This document shows positions 24,521-36,540 of a stretch of 64,000 bases of DNA, piece by piece. The stretch's first letter is position 1. Each line of letters begins with the position of its first letter. The position numbers were made by a program, and so were the translations under genes. The notes under the pieces were generated by a model. That model was not told the DNA's origin. It worked only from the letters and a program-made list of their open reading frames with translations, and made no database searches. The stretch comes from Raja brachyura (Eukaryota), in assembly GCA_963514005.1 (NCBI GenBank), contig OY740785.1, positions 40,982,001 to 41,046,000 on the forward strand, in the 5' to 3' direction.

Positions 24521-25496
24521 TATCATGAGCGATGGTTGGCTGAAAGATTGCTGAGTGGGCATCAGCACAATCTGGCTGTTCATTTCTAATTGAAGGTGGA
24601 GAGATCTGGTTGGTTGCAGGGCGTAATCTTCCCGACTATTCAATCTGCTAAGAAACAATCCTTCCCCAAACATCTCTTACTCCACGTACTGCTCCTCCTT
24701 TAACGCCTTCCTCAAATGCTTTCCCTTTGATCAGTCTCTTGGACATGTTTTTGCATTTCAGTGACTGCATAACTGCTTTGGGAACTTTTCATTTGTTTTT
24801 CTCCCCCTTGTCTCTTCCCATTATTGTGCATGAATGAGAGTGAACGGCCTTCCATGTCACCATATATTCCGCTGATCATCTTTAAATTTTCTGCCTTTGG
24901 TGAAAGTGTTATTTGTTATTGCTGGTGCCACCTATTCCTCCAGCTTGACCTTTGCTGTCTTCAAGTAAAATATAAAGCTGCCAGAACTCATTAACACTTG
25001 GTGTTTGTGACAGAGGGACTTCATCGGAGAAATATCACAGGCATGCGCAAGATGGAAAATGTAACACATGAACATTTTGTCTCCACTCGTGGCATGAATG
25101 ATAGGTTGACTCGCTCGCCTTTATGATTGAATACGGCACAGATCAACTTTTATGAACCAAAAAATAATAAGAACAGCTACTTGCGGGTGTACTCCTGTCA
25201 TCACTTTGTTTCCAATCTTCTGAACACTGTCCATTTCCTGAATGTGCAAAGACAGATGGAAGATTTAACCCTTTTAAACAAAGTGCAATTCTTGTCCACA
25301 CTGTCCGAAGAAAAGCAGGGCGTCTACTTGCAAAGGCAGGATCTGAGACTAGTTGGCAAGTCAATTATTAACCAAGTTACTGTTGGCTCATTTTCAATGA
25401 CTTGTTACCAAAAACAGCTTTAATATAGTGTATGACTGAGAACCAATCCACTGAATCTCAGATGGTAGATTAAATGTAAAAGGAAGATTCTGTGGA

Positions 25497-25772
25497 ATCA
25501 TAGTCATAGAATGATATAGTGTGGAAAAAGGACCAACTTGCCCACACCGACCAACATGTCCCAGCTACACTAGTCCCACCTGCCCACGTTTAGTCCATAT
25601 CCCTCCAAACCTCTCCTACCCATGTACCTGTCTAATTGCTTCTTAAATGTTGGGATAGTCTCTACCTCAACTACATCCTCTGGCAGCTAGTTCCATACAT
25701 CCACTGCCCCTTGCATGGAATGGTCACCCCTCAGATTACTATTAAATCTTTTCCCCTTCACCTTAAACATAT
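25497..25772 (-). mobile_element. CR1 3' fragment
   Basis: Reverse complement of the CR1 3' end seen at 51810-52077. Confidence 0.75.
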
Positions 25773-26267
25773 GTAAATAACAAAGATCAGAAGGAGCTAT
25801 ATGAATTAAAATATTTCTCCTGAATTATCACCCTAGAAAACTAGATTAGAGGCTAGACATCCTGTGGTGAGTGACTCCAGTCATGGCACCCTGAAGGCAT
25901 TCCATTTAAGTCAACATGTGATGGGTTACTATTAACTTGGTTGGTTTAACACTATTTAAGAAAAGGTAGCCCATTTAGTTGGCACACTTTTGAGATTTCA
26001 TAGGTTGATCTGTGCAGTATTCAATCATAAGGGGGAACTAGTCAACCTATTATTCGTGGTCATGAGTTTTCATTACGATGCACGGAGTGACAATTAAATG
26101 TTTACACAAATGACTAACTACACCCATCAATCTCAAGGATCAAGAAGGACAGGAGAATCAAGTGCTTGGGTGCACCACTATCCACCATTGAGAAGGTGAT
26201 AGTGAGTTTCTTTGACTTGCTGGTGACTCAGTGATGAAGTACTCCCCAAGTGCTCTGATATAAAATG

Positions 26268-26714
26268 AGGAAAGATTGGATAGACTCGGCTTGTACTCGC
26301 TGGAATTTAGAAGATTGAGGGGGGATCTTATAGAAACTTACAAAATTCTTAAGGGGTTGGACAAGCTAGATGCTGGAAGATTGTTCCCGATGTTGGGGGA
26401 GTCCAGAACAAGGGGTCACAGTCTAAGGATAAGGGGGAATTCCTTTAAGACCGAGATGAGAAAAACTTTTTTCACACAGAGAGTGGTGAGTCTCTGGAAT
26501 TCTCTGCCACAGAAGGTAATTGAGGCCAGTTCATTGGCTATATTTAAGAGGGCGTTAGATGAGGCACTTGTGGCTAAAGGGATCAGGGGGTATGGAGAGA
26601 AGGCAGGTACGGGATACTGAGTTGGATGATCAGCCATGATCACATTGAATGGCGGTGCAGGATCGAAGGGCCAAATGGCCTACTCCTGCACCTATTTTTC
26701 TATGTTTCTATGTT
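26268..26714 (+). mobile_element. Young CR1 3' fragment
   Basis: DRLGLYSLEFRRLRGDLIETYK...GEKAGTGY; (tttctatg)n tail. Confidence 0.93.
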
Positions 26715-27842
26715 CTAAAACTTCCAGGATTTGGATTCCCCCACTTTCCCCGGAATCAATCAATGTTGGTCATGAGCTTACCGAATAGAGAAAGGTTTAG
26801 GGTCTGACAGGAAGAAGTTTAAGTGTTGAACAAATTATACAATAGATCCTCAAAGATGTAAACCTCAGTGATTCTGGGTGACTGCCAATGCCACAGGCTG
26901 GTGGGCACAGAAGAGAGATTATAAAAGTTCAACCTGTATTTGTGGAAATAGTGCAAGAGTGAGGTCTCTGAACTCCTTGAACAAAAGGGGCCAGTCCTCA
27001 GCAAGGTTGGGAATAATGTCCTCTCTGGAATTGAAAAAAAGGCAGGAAGCACAGGGAATTCATGTCAGGCAGATGATGGGTGGGGATGTGATGAAAGAGA
27101 GTTGGAGTTGATAGATAATTATACATAGGTGAAAGTACCATCTGCCTGGAGGAGTGTGGACATCTAGGAATCTTTGGTGGCCACAAAGCTAGTCTCAACT
27201 TTGCCACTGTATTCCATGCAATATCACTGCAGAAGCCTACTGACCGCTCTGTTGTTCACATGTCATTTGCACCAAAGTCCTTGCACTAGTTTTAATTTCT
27301 GACCTTAGACTTTGACACTTACTCTTTGTTCATATTCATAATAGGACGTTACATATATATCTGAAAGGACGATGCAGTTCCTGACTCTTCAAACATAGAC
27401 TGACTCTCTTTAATACGTAACAAAATTAGTTCTCTTTATCCTGTCAGTCCTAAAACTAGCTACATTAAATTATCAAATTTGCTTTGTTTAGCTGTCTTAC
27501 AGCTGGTCTGGTTTTCTGCAAGTGGAATAGAATTAAGTACGGTACACTGCAAAGGTCCTATTGTCAATGAACCTTTGATTAAATTGCATCCATTTGTGCT
27601 ATTTTTCTTGTTGTATAATGTTATGACTGGGCAAAATACATTTAATTGTAGAAATGGCCCAATAGATTGGAATTGGGCTATCAATTGTGAAAGCAACATG
27701 ATTTTAAAAAAAAATCAGATCTTTGCCTGCACATGCTCATAAGGATGCACATAGTGAGCATGTCCATATCCAGTATGCCAAAGAATAAATACAAATTAAT
27801 ACCTGTAGTTCCTAATGGAATAAACGGATATAAGGTGTAGAG

Positions 27843-28143
27843 GACGTCACAGTGGCACAGCAGTAGAGTTGCGGCCTTACAGCGCTTGCAGCGTTGGAGT
27901 CCCGGGTTTGATCCTGACTACGGATGCTGTCTTTTCGGAGGTTCTCCCCGTGACTGCGTGGGTTTTCTCCAAGACTTTCAGTTTCTTCCCACTCTCCAAA
28001 GACGTACAGGTTTATAGGTAAATTGGCTTTGTATAAGTATAAATTGTCCCTAGTGTGTGTTCATGTGCAGGGATTGCAGGTCATTGCGGACTTGGTGGGC
28101 TGACAGGCCTGTTTCCGTGCTGTATCTCTAAACTAAAACTAAG
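27843..28143 (+). mobile_element. HE1/V-SINE-like SINE
   Basis: tRNA-like head, V-domain and (taaac)n tail. Confidence 0.85.
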
Positions 28144-28576
28144 GACAACCTCCTTGTGAAGGAATAGGAATAATCAGATGATGACCCATCCTAAAGTGCT
28201 CTTGTGTTGTCTTTCAATGCTGAATCAATGGTGAAACAGGAAAATATCTGAAATTAAGTCATCTAAATAAACTCTCAGGTAAGGAATGTTGCATTTTCTG
28301 GGATCTAAAGGGGAATATTTAAAAAATAAAATTATAATGAAACGATGATTATTCAATTAAAGATGTAAAAACAAGGAACTGCAGATGCTGGTTTAAATAA
28401 AAGGGCATAAAGTGCTGGAATAACTCAGTGGGTCAGGCAGCATCTTTGGAGAACATGAATTGGTGACGTTTTGGGTTGGGACCCCTCTTGATTGGACTTC
28501 AGGCTCAGGCTTCAGAGATACAGTGCAGAACCAGGCCCTTATCCCTACTGAGTCCACATGAGACCCTATAGACTAA

Positions 28577-31500
28577 TGCCCCCGTCCCACTTAGGAAACC
28601 TGAACGGAAACCTCTGGAGACTGTGTGCCCCACCCAAGGTTTCCGTGAGGTTCCCAGTCACTCTCCGGGGAGACGGGGGGGGGGGGGGGGGGGAGACGGG
28701 GGGGGGGGGGGAGGACGGGGGGGGGGGGGAGACGGGGGGGGGGGGAGACGGGGGGGGGGGGGAGACGGGGGGGGGAGACGGGGGGGGGAGACGGGGGGGG
28801 GAGACGGGGGGGGGGAGACGGGGGGGGGGGAGACGGGGGGGGGGGGGAGACGGGGGGGGGGGGGAGACGGGGGGGGGGGGGAGACGGGGGGGGGAGACGG
28901 GGGGGGGAGACGGGGGGGGAGACGGGGGGGAGACGGGGGGGGGGAGACGGGGGGGGAGACGGGGGGGGGGAGACGGGGGGGGGAGACGGGGGGGGGAGAC
29001 GGGGGGGAGACGGGGGGGGGAGACGGGGGGGAGACGGGGGGGGAGACGGGGGGGAGACGGGGGGGGGGAGACGGGGGGGGGAGACGGGGGGGGGGGAGAC
29101 GGGGGGGGGAGACGGGGGGGGGAGACGGGGGGGGGAGACGGGGGGGGGGAGACGGGGGGGGGGAGACGGGGGGGGAGACGGGGGGGGGAGACGGGGGGGG
29201 GGAGACGGGGGGGGGGGAGACGGGGGGGGGGAGACGGGGGGGGGAGACGGGGGGGGGAGACGGGGGGGGGGAGACGGGGGGGGGGGGGAGGGGGGGGGGG
29301 GGAGGGGGGGGGGGGAGGGGGGGGGGTGGGGGGGGGAGACGGGGGGGGGGGGAGACGGGGGGGGGGGAGACGGGGGGGGGGGAGACGGGGGGGGGGGGAG
29401 ACGGGGGGGGGGGAGACGGGGGGGGGGGGAGACGGGGGGGGGGGGGAGACGGGGGGGGGGAGACGGGGGGGGGGAGACGGGGGGGGGGGGGAGACGGGGG
29501 GGGGGGGAGACGGGGGGGGGGGGAGACGGGGGGGGGGGAGACGGGGGGGGGGGAGACGGGGGGGGGGAGACGGGGGGGGGGAGACGGGGGGGGGGGGAGA
29601 CGGGGGGGGGGGAGACGGGGGGGGGGGAGACGGGGGGGGGGAGACGGGGGGGGGGGGAGACGGGGGGGGGGGGAGACGGGGGGGGGGGAGACGGGGGGGG
29701 GGGAGACGGGGGGGGGGGGAGACGGGGGGGGGGGGAGACACGGGGGGGGGAGACACGGGGGGGGGGGAGACACGGGGGGGGGGGGAGACACGGGGGGGGG
29801 GGAGACACGGGGGGGGGGAGACACGGGGGGGGGGAGACACGGGGGGGGGGGAGACACGGGGGGGGGGGAGACACGGGGGGGGGGGGAGACACGGGGGGGG
29901 GGGAGACACGGGGGGGGGGAGACACGGGGGGGGGGGGAGACACGGGGGGGGGAGACACGGGGGGGGGGAGACACGGGGGGGGGGAGACACGGGGGGGGGG
30001 GAGACACGGGGGGGGGGGAGACACGGGGGGGGGAGACACGGGGGGGGGGAGACACGGGGGGGGGGAGACACGGGGGGGGGGAGACACGGGGGGGGAGAGA
30101 CGGGGGGGGGAGAGACGGGGGGGGGGGAGAGACGGGGGGGGGGAGAGACGGGGGGGGGAGAGACGGGGGGGGGGGAGACGGGGGGGGGGAGACGGGGGGG
30201 GGAGACGGGGGGGGGGAGACGGGGGGGGGAGACGGGGGGGGGAGACGGGGGGGGGGAGACGGGGGGGGGAGACGGGGGGGGGAGACGGGGGGGGAGACGG
30301 GGGGGGAGACGGGGGGGGGAGACGGGGGGGGGGAGACGGGGGGGGAGACGGGGGGGGAGACGGGGGGGGAGACGGGGGGGGGAGACGGGGGGGGGAGACG
30401 GGGGGGGAGACGGGGGGGGGAGACGGGGGGGGGAGACGGGGGGGGGAGACGGGGGGGGAGACGGGGGGGGGAGACGGGGGGGGGAGACGGGGGGGGAGAC
30501 GGGGGGGGAGACGGGGGGGGGGAGACGGGGGGGGGAGACGGGGGGGGGGAGACGGGGGGGGGGAGACGGGGGGGGGGAGACGGGGGGGGGGAGACGGGGG
30601 GGGAGACGGGGGGGGGGAGACGGGGGGGGAGACGGGGGGGAGACGGGGGGGGAGACGGGGGGGAGACGGGGGGGGAGACGGGGGGGGAGACGGGGGGGAG
30701 ACGGGGGGGGAGACGGGGGGGGAGACGGGGGGGGAGACGGGGGGGGAGACGGGGGGGAGACGGGGGGGAGACGGGGGGAGACGGGGGGGAGACGGGGGGG
30801 AGACGGGGGGGGAGACGGGGGGGGAGACGGGGGGGGAGACGGGGGGGGAGACGGGGGGGGAGACGGGGGGGAGACGGGGGGGAGACGGGGGGGGGAGACG
30901 GGGGGAGACGGGGGGGGGGGGAGACGGGGGGGGGGGGAGACGGGGGGGGGGGGGAGACGGGGGGGGGGAGACGTGGGGGGGGGGGGGAGACGGGGGGGGG
31001 GGGGGGAGACGGGGGGGGGGGGAGACGGGGGGGGGGGGGAGACGGGGGGGGGGGAGACGGGGGGGGGGGAGACGGGGGGGGGAGACGGGGGGGGGGGAGA
31101 CGGGGGGGGGGAGACGGGGGGGGAGACGGGGGGGGGAGACGGGGGGGGGAGACGGGGGGGGGAGACGGGGGGGGAGACGGGGGCGGAGACGGGGGGGGAG
31201 ACGGGGGGGGGGAGACGGGGGGGGGGGAGACGGGGGGGGGGAGACGGGGGGGGGGAGACGGGGGGGGGGAGACGGGGGGGGGGAGACGGGGGGGGGGGGA
31301 GACGGGGGGGGGAGACGGGGGAAAACTATCTCCATTGTTTCTGCCCCCCATTCTCTCCCCTTCTCCCCCCTTCTGCTCCATACTCTCTCCTTCTCTCCCT
31401 CCCATGCTCTCTAAAGGACTTACCATGCTTTGTGGCAGCCATTAACTTTCCTCTTCAACACGCAGTAAGCGCTCCTCCGCTGTCCCTGGCCCCCACCTTG

Positions 31501-31732
31501 GCGATGTGTGTGTGCCCCCCACCTTGGCGATGTGTGTGTGCGTGGTCGGCAGCAAAGATCCTATAGGATCTTTGGTCATTAGATGCAGCTCACGCTTCAG
31601 TTGAGGCTCTCCAGGCAATTGACCAGAACTCGTGGAGAGTGACCGGAACCCCCGGGAACATCACGGAAACCTTGGGTGGGACACACAGTCTCCAGAGGTT
31701 TCCATTCAGGTTTCCCAAGTGGGACAGGGGCT
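28577..31732. mobile_element. PIF/Harbinger-type MITE 3, carrying a G-rich array
   Basis: ~75-90-bp imperfect TIRs (gcccc[c/t]gtcccactt[a/g]ggaaacctgaa...); TAA TSD (28574-76 and 31733-35); interior 31340-31600 homologous to MITE 2. Confidence 0.9.
28667..31321 (+). repeat. G-run minisatellite (G6-14 AGAC)n, roughly 190 units
   Basis: Read directly; variant blocks AGACAC (~29735-30090) and AGAGAC (~30095-30165). Confidence 0.92.
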
Positions 31733-32501
31733 TAACACTATCCTATACACAAGGGTCAACTTATAATTTTTTACGAAAGCCAATCAACCTACAAACCTGT
31801 ACATCTTTGGAGTGTGGGAGAAAAGCGGAGCTCACGGAGAAAACCCACGCAGATCACAAATGTACACAGATACAAAAGGGAGAATGTACAAACTATGTAC
31901 AGACAGCATCCATAGTCAGGATTGAACTCGGGTCTCCGGCATGGTAAGACATCAGCTCTACCCGTTACACCAGTGTCCTGCCCTTAATCTGAAGAAGTTT
32001 TCCAACCCAAAATGTTACCTATCCATGTTCTCCAAAGGCGCTGCCTGACCCATAGAATTACTCCAGCGCTTTAGGTCATATTATTCAAGGAACAATTGGA
32101 GTCTAATTCAGTATATAATAGAACTCCAATAATCTAGCATACTCAAGACTCCAGTTATGTGAGACTAGCACATGTCTGGACTATCGCCTGCCATTCATAT
32201 TAATACTCCAACACACTTTCAATTCACTTTTTACATGTTACATAGTAAAATAATAGATATTCCAGTGAAACTGGCAATTTTAAAAGGAGTGTAGGAAACA
32301 AGGCCCTCGTGAGTTTCAAGGGAGTACAGGGAAGAGAACCAGATTTCAAAGGAACAAGAGATCTGGGTGTGTTTAAGAGGCTGGGGCCCTGGTGTGGGAA
32401 AAGATGCAGGCGAACAGGGAACCCAGTGCATGAAGGGGAGTGCAGGAATCAGCAGCCGATGAGCCCTTGTCGAATCATTGGGATTTCTGAAGTGATAGTT
32501 A

Positions 32502-33333
32502 AGGGCCTGTCCCACTTAGGCGACTTTTTAGGTGAGTGCAGGAGACTATGCACTCGCCACATGATCTCCACACTGTCGCCACATGTTCGCTGGTGGTCTC
32601 TGGGGAGTCTCCTTCATGGTCGCGAGGAGTTTCCGCATTCTGGGAACTAGTCGTGGCCTCGGTCTGGTCGCTGCAAACTTTCAACATGTTGAAACATTTT
32701 CTGCGACAAAAAGTTGGTCGCCACGGAGAAAATCGATAATCCTGTAGTCATAGGTGCAGTTTAGTGGGGTAGCCATGTAGCTATACGTAGTCAAGGTAGC
32801 CGTAGGTAGTTTTAGTTAATCGCCTTTGCTGACCGGTCATTTTCATTGGCTCATTGGGGGAAAAAAAACGTAAGCACGCGTTTTCAGCACCAAGGATAAC
32901 CGACCGGTAATGTTAAATGCCCGCCGAACTTCACAGCTGTGTGTCTCTGGCTTATTAAAAGTTGTCGGGCTTCTTAAAAGTGTCTCCACCCCTTCTCCAC
33001 CCTCTTTTAAAGGACTTACCATACACTGTGCGAGCCGTCTTAACCTTCCTGTTCATCGCGGTGTGCCTGTATCACCTTGGCTTTGCACCGTGTGAATTTC
33101 AGACAGCGCTCCCCTCGCTTGCCNNNNNNNNNNNNNNNNNNNNNNNNNNNNNNNNNNNNNNNNNNNNNNNNNNNNNNNNNNNNNNNNNNNNNNNNNNNNN
33201 NNNNNNNNNNNNNNNNNNNNNNNNNNNNNNNNNNNNNNNNNNNNNNNNNNNNNNNNNNNNNNNNNNNNNNTTTCCCAGTTTTTCATGCGAGTGCCGGCAA
33301 CCGTTGAAAAATCGCTTAAGTGGGAAAGACCCT
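32502..33333. mobile_element. PIF/Harbinger-type MITE 4 (spans a gap)
   Basis: TIRs agggcctgtcccacttaggcgactttt and aaaaatcgcttaagtgggaaagaccct; TTA TSD (32499-501 and 33334-36). Confidence 0.9.
33124..33270. other. Assembly gap
   Basis: Run of N. Confidence 1.
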
Positions 33334-34219
33334 TTAGCAGATTACTGTACAAATAAATCTTGACAAAGAATTTTAAAGCCAGTCATCTGTCAAAAGCCTG
33401 ATGGAATAGGAATTAAAATCTAAATTTGTGTTCTTCTATTACTCTGGGGCAATCTTAACACCTGTTTTCTTAAGTGATTCAAGTAGTCATCAGACTCGAG
33501 CAGAAACCCTGTAAATAAAAATGAATTGATCTAATTTCTATCTTGTTACAATTTTAATGATGCTGGATATAATGACCACAAACGCTTTGCTCAGCCAAAC
33601 CTGGCAGTCAGCACAGCACAGTTCACAACCTGCTTTCTGCACAGTGTATAAATAGACTTGAGATAGTGTTCCTAAAAGGGATGTGGGGAAACAGTGATAA
33701 AAAGATCAAACATAATATTTTAACTTCTGTTTGACATTGGGATAAGTGTTCTTACAGACCTCTTTGGCAATCTTCCCAAACTTCAAATTGTGTGTATGAA
33801 CAGGGTAATTGGGGAACTACAACATATCATAGGTTTATAGCTTAGGTTTAAGGTGGGGGTGGGGGGGGGAAGATTAAATAGCAACCTATGGGGTAACATT
33901 TTCATGCAAAGGGTATGGAACGATCTGCCTGAGGAAGTGGGTGAGGCAAGTACTATCACAATGTTTAAGAAACATTTAGACAGCTACATTGATAGGACAG
34001 GTTTAGAGGGATACTAGACTAAGTTCACACGGGAGGGCTGGACCCCCGACGCAATATTCCACCTCTCCACCAATTCCAATATTGGTGGCCAGTGGGGGGG
34101 CTTTCTGGAGCGCTGATATGGGTTCTTAGGGTGGCAGCTCAGTCCCTCAGGCCTGATGTGCTGACAGCTCACTCATGGCTGGTGGGCTGGCAGTTGACTT
34201 ATGGCTATTCCTTGGAATT

Positions 34220-34765
34220 CCATTTCAAGCAGGGTGCAAGGTCACCAAATTCAAATCCATTTTCCGACCATTTCAAGCAGGGTGCAAAGCCACCAAATTC
34301 AAGTGCAGTTTCTTACCACTTCGAGCAAGGTGCATGGCCACCAAATTCAAGTGCAGTCTCCTACCACTTCAAGCAGGGTGCAAGGCCATCGAATTCAAGA
34401 GCAGTTTCCTACCACTTCAAGCAGGGTGCAAGGCCACTGAATTCAAGTGCAGTTTCTAACCACTTCAAGCAGGGTGCAAGGCCACCAAATTCAAGTTCAG
34501 TTTCATACCACTTTAAGCAGGGTGCAAGGCCACCAAATTCAAGTGCAGTTTCATACCACTTTCAGCAGGGTACAAGGCCACCACATTCAGTGCAGTTTTG
34601 TACCACTTCAAGCAGGGTGCAAGGCCACCAAATTGAAATGCAGCTTCATACCATTTCATGCAGGGTGCGACGCCATCACATTCAAGGGCAGTTTCATACC
34701 ATTCCATGCAGGGTGCAAGGCCACCACATTCAAATGCAGTTTCATACCATTTCAAGCAGGGTGAA
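34220..34765 (+). repeat. 48-bp minisatellite x~11 inside the Helitron
   Basis: ccacttcaagcagggtgcaaggccaccaaattcaagtgcagtttcata units; only ~1.5 units at the homologous site in copy 1 (3183-3258). Confidence 0.92.
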
Positions 34766-34814
34766 ACCACCATAAAACCACATAAAACACAAAACTCACA
34801 GTTCGTAGACATTC

Positions 34815-34961
34815 GGAGTGGGAGATTGCACCCTTCACGTGGTCCACCCTGTTTCGACGAATGCAATCAACCTGGCGTGCACAAACAGAAGATCAAACAG
34901 AACAAGTTGTCTTACAACTTCAGGCTGTGCACACCATACGCAAGAAGAAGAAGAAGAAGAA
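34815..34961 (+). mobile_element. 147-bp non-LTR retroposon with an (AAG)n tail, nested in the Helitron
   Basis: 10-bp TSD gtagacattc (34805-14 and 34962-71); ends ccatacgc(aag)7; the homologous sites at ~3895 and ~35805 are empty. Confidence 0.88.
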
Positions 34962-35285
34962 GTAGACATTCAGTGTGTTCAGTTGATTCACAGCTAAGAC
35001 CGAGTCGTGACGTCTCCCTCCCCCATCATGCAGAGACTGAGCCACGCCCACACTTCCGGGTTGTATAACCCCTCCCCCCCGAAAAGGTGTGGCCTTCATG
35101 GTGTGATTGACAGGAGAGAGATTCTCAACATTTTTTAAACACAACTAAAACTTTTATTTTTCATTGATGGGAAGAATCCTCTGCACCTGCTGAGCAGAGG
35201 GGGACTGAGTAAGATGGCCAAAAAATCACAGCCGTAAGTGGTAGCATTCTATCTAAAATCAATATGCAGTGCAAACAGGAAGTTA

Positions 35286-35760
35286 CCCAAAGCACCAAAG
35301 CCACCATTGGCAGTAGTGCCTTTTAACTTCAACCAAAAGCACCCAAGCCACCATTAGCAGTAGTGTCTTTTAACTTCAACCCAAAGCACCCAAGCCACCA
35401 TTGGCAGTAGTGCCTTTTCACTTCAACCCAAAGCAACCAAGCCACCATTGGCAGTAGTGCCTTTTCACTTCAACCCAAAGCACCCAAGCCACCATTTGCA
35501 GTAGTGCCTTTTCACTTCAAACCAAAGCACCCAAGCCACCATTTGCAGTAGTGCCTTTTAACTTCAGCCCAAAGCACCCAAGCCACTATTTGCAGTAGTG
35601 CCTTTTAACTTCCACCAAAAACACCCAAGCCACCATTTGCAGTAGTGCCTTTTAACTTCAACCCAAAGCACCCAAGCCACCATTTGTAGTAGTGCCTTTT
35701 AACTTCAACCCAAAGCACCCAAACAAACATTTGCAGGCAGTGCCTTTTTACTTCAAACCA
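35286..35760 (+). repeat. 47-bp minisatellite x~10 inside the Helitron
   Basis: cccaaagcacccaagccaccatttgcagtagtgccttttaacttcaa units. Confidence 0.92.
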
Positions 35761-36540
35761 ACCATATTCTCATTTTCAAACCACATTAAGGGCACTCACA
35801 GTTGAGTAGACGTGTGTTCAGTGCTATTCAGAGAGACGAGAACCTCTGGCTTCCTCCATCTTGCAGAGACTGAGTGAGGCACACCACTTCCTGGTTTTAT
35901 AGTCCCTCCCCCTTCCTCCAGCAGGGGCAGCAGAGAGAATGGCAAATTATTAAAAAACATTAATATCTCTCTGATTTTTCATCAATGGGAAAAATCCTCT
36001 GGTCCAGGAAGGCAGAGGGGGGCAATGAGTGAGCTATCCAAAAGTGAAGGCCATAGGTGGCAGCGTTCTCTTGGAAATCACACCACAGTGAGCCAAAAGC
36101 GGTCAAGATCAGACTTTTAGTAATATAGATGGGCCAAACGCAGGCAAGTGGGACTAGTGTAGCTGGGACCTGTTGGCCAGTGTGGGCAAGTTGGGCCGAA
36201 GTGCCTGCTTCCATGCTGTAAGACTCTTTGACACTATGTTAATTATCAGAGGTTTTACATTTTACAGACTGTGAGTTGATTATTTTGCATTCAGTTTCAC
36301 AATGAATTAATCTGCCAAAAATGCCGGCAGCACAACATATCTTAAAAATCATGGATACAGTGAATATCTTGTAGGACAAATATTCTAGAAACCTGTCTTA
36401 ATGATCCAGACACATGTACACATCTCATAATGACAGCACTGTGTTTTAAGCTCAATTAATTAAATAAATATGGATTTTAACATGCAAGTGGTGACCATAA
36501 AACCACGGGATTGATGTAAAAATGCAATTGATTCACTCAG

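Larger units (their letters stand above)
28515..31985 (-). mobile_element. HE1-like SINE split by MITE 3
   Basis: Tail half at 28515-28576 and head half at 31736-31985 join across the TAA TSD. Confidence 0.7.
34014..36129 (-). mobile_element. Non-autonomous Helitron, copy 2
   Basis: Inserted precisely between A and T of a CR1 3' end (gagggata|tgggccaaacg) with no TSD; minus-strand termini TCTATATTACTAAAAGTC...CTTAGTCTAG. Confidence 0.92.

Noticed and set aside
28558-31566. 500-1000-aa Gly/Arg-rich and Pro-rich (extensin-like) ORFs in five frames
   Set aside because: The G-run/AGAC array cannot form stop codons, so the frames are open by composition; it also lies inside a MITE.
34092-34775. 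227-aa ORF with 16-aa repeats
   Set aside because: Translation of the 48-bp Helitron minisatellite; several frames are similarly open.
34220-35760. CRISPR-like appearance of the 47/48-bp arrays (also 3650-3853 and 48773-48902)
   Set aside because: Units are head-to-tail without unique spacers, there are no cas genes, and the context is eukaryotic.
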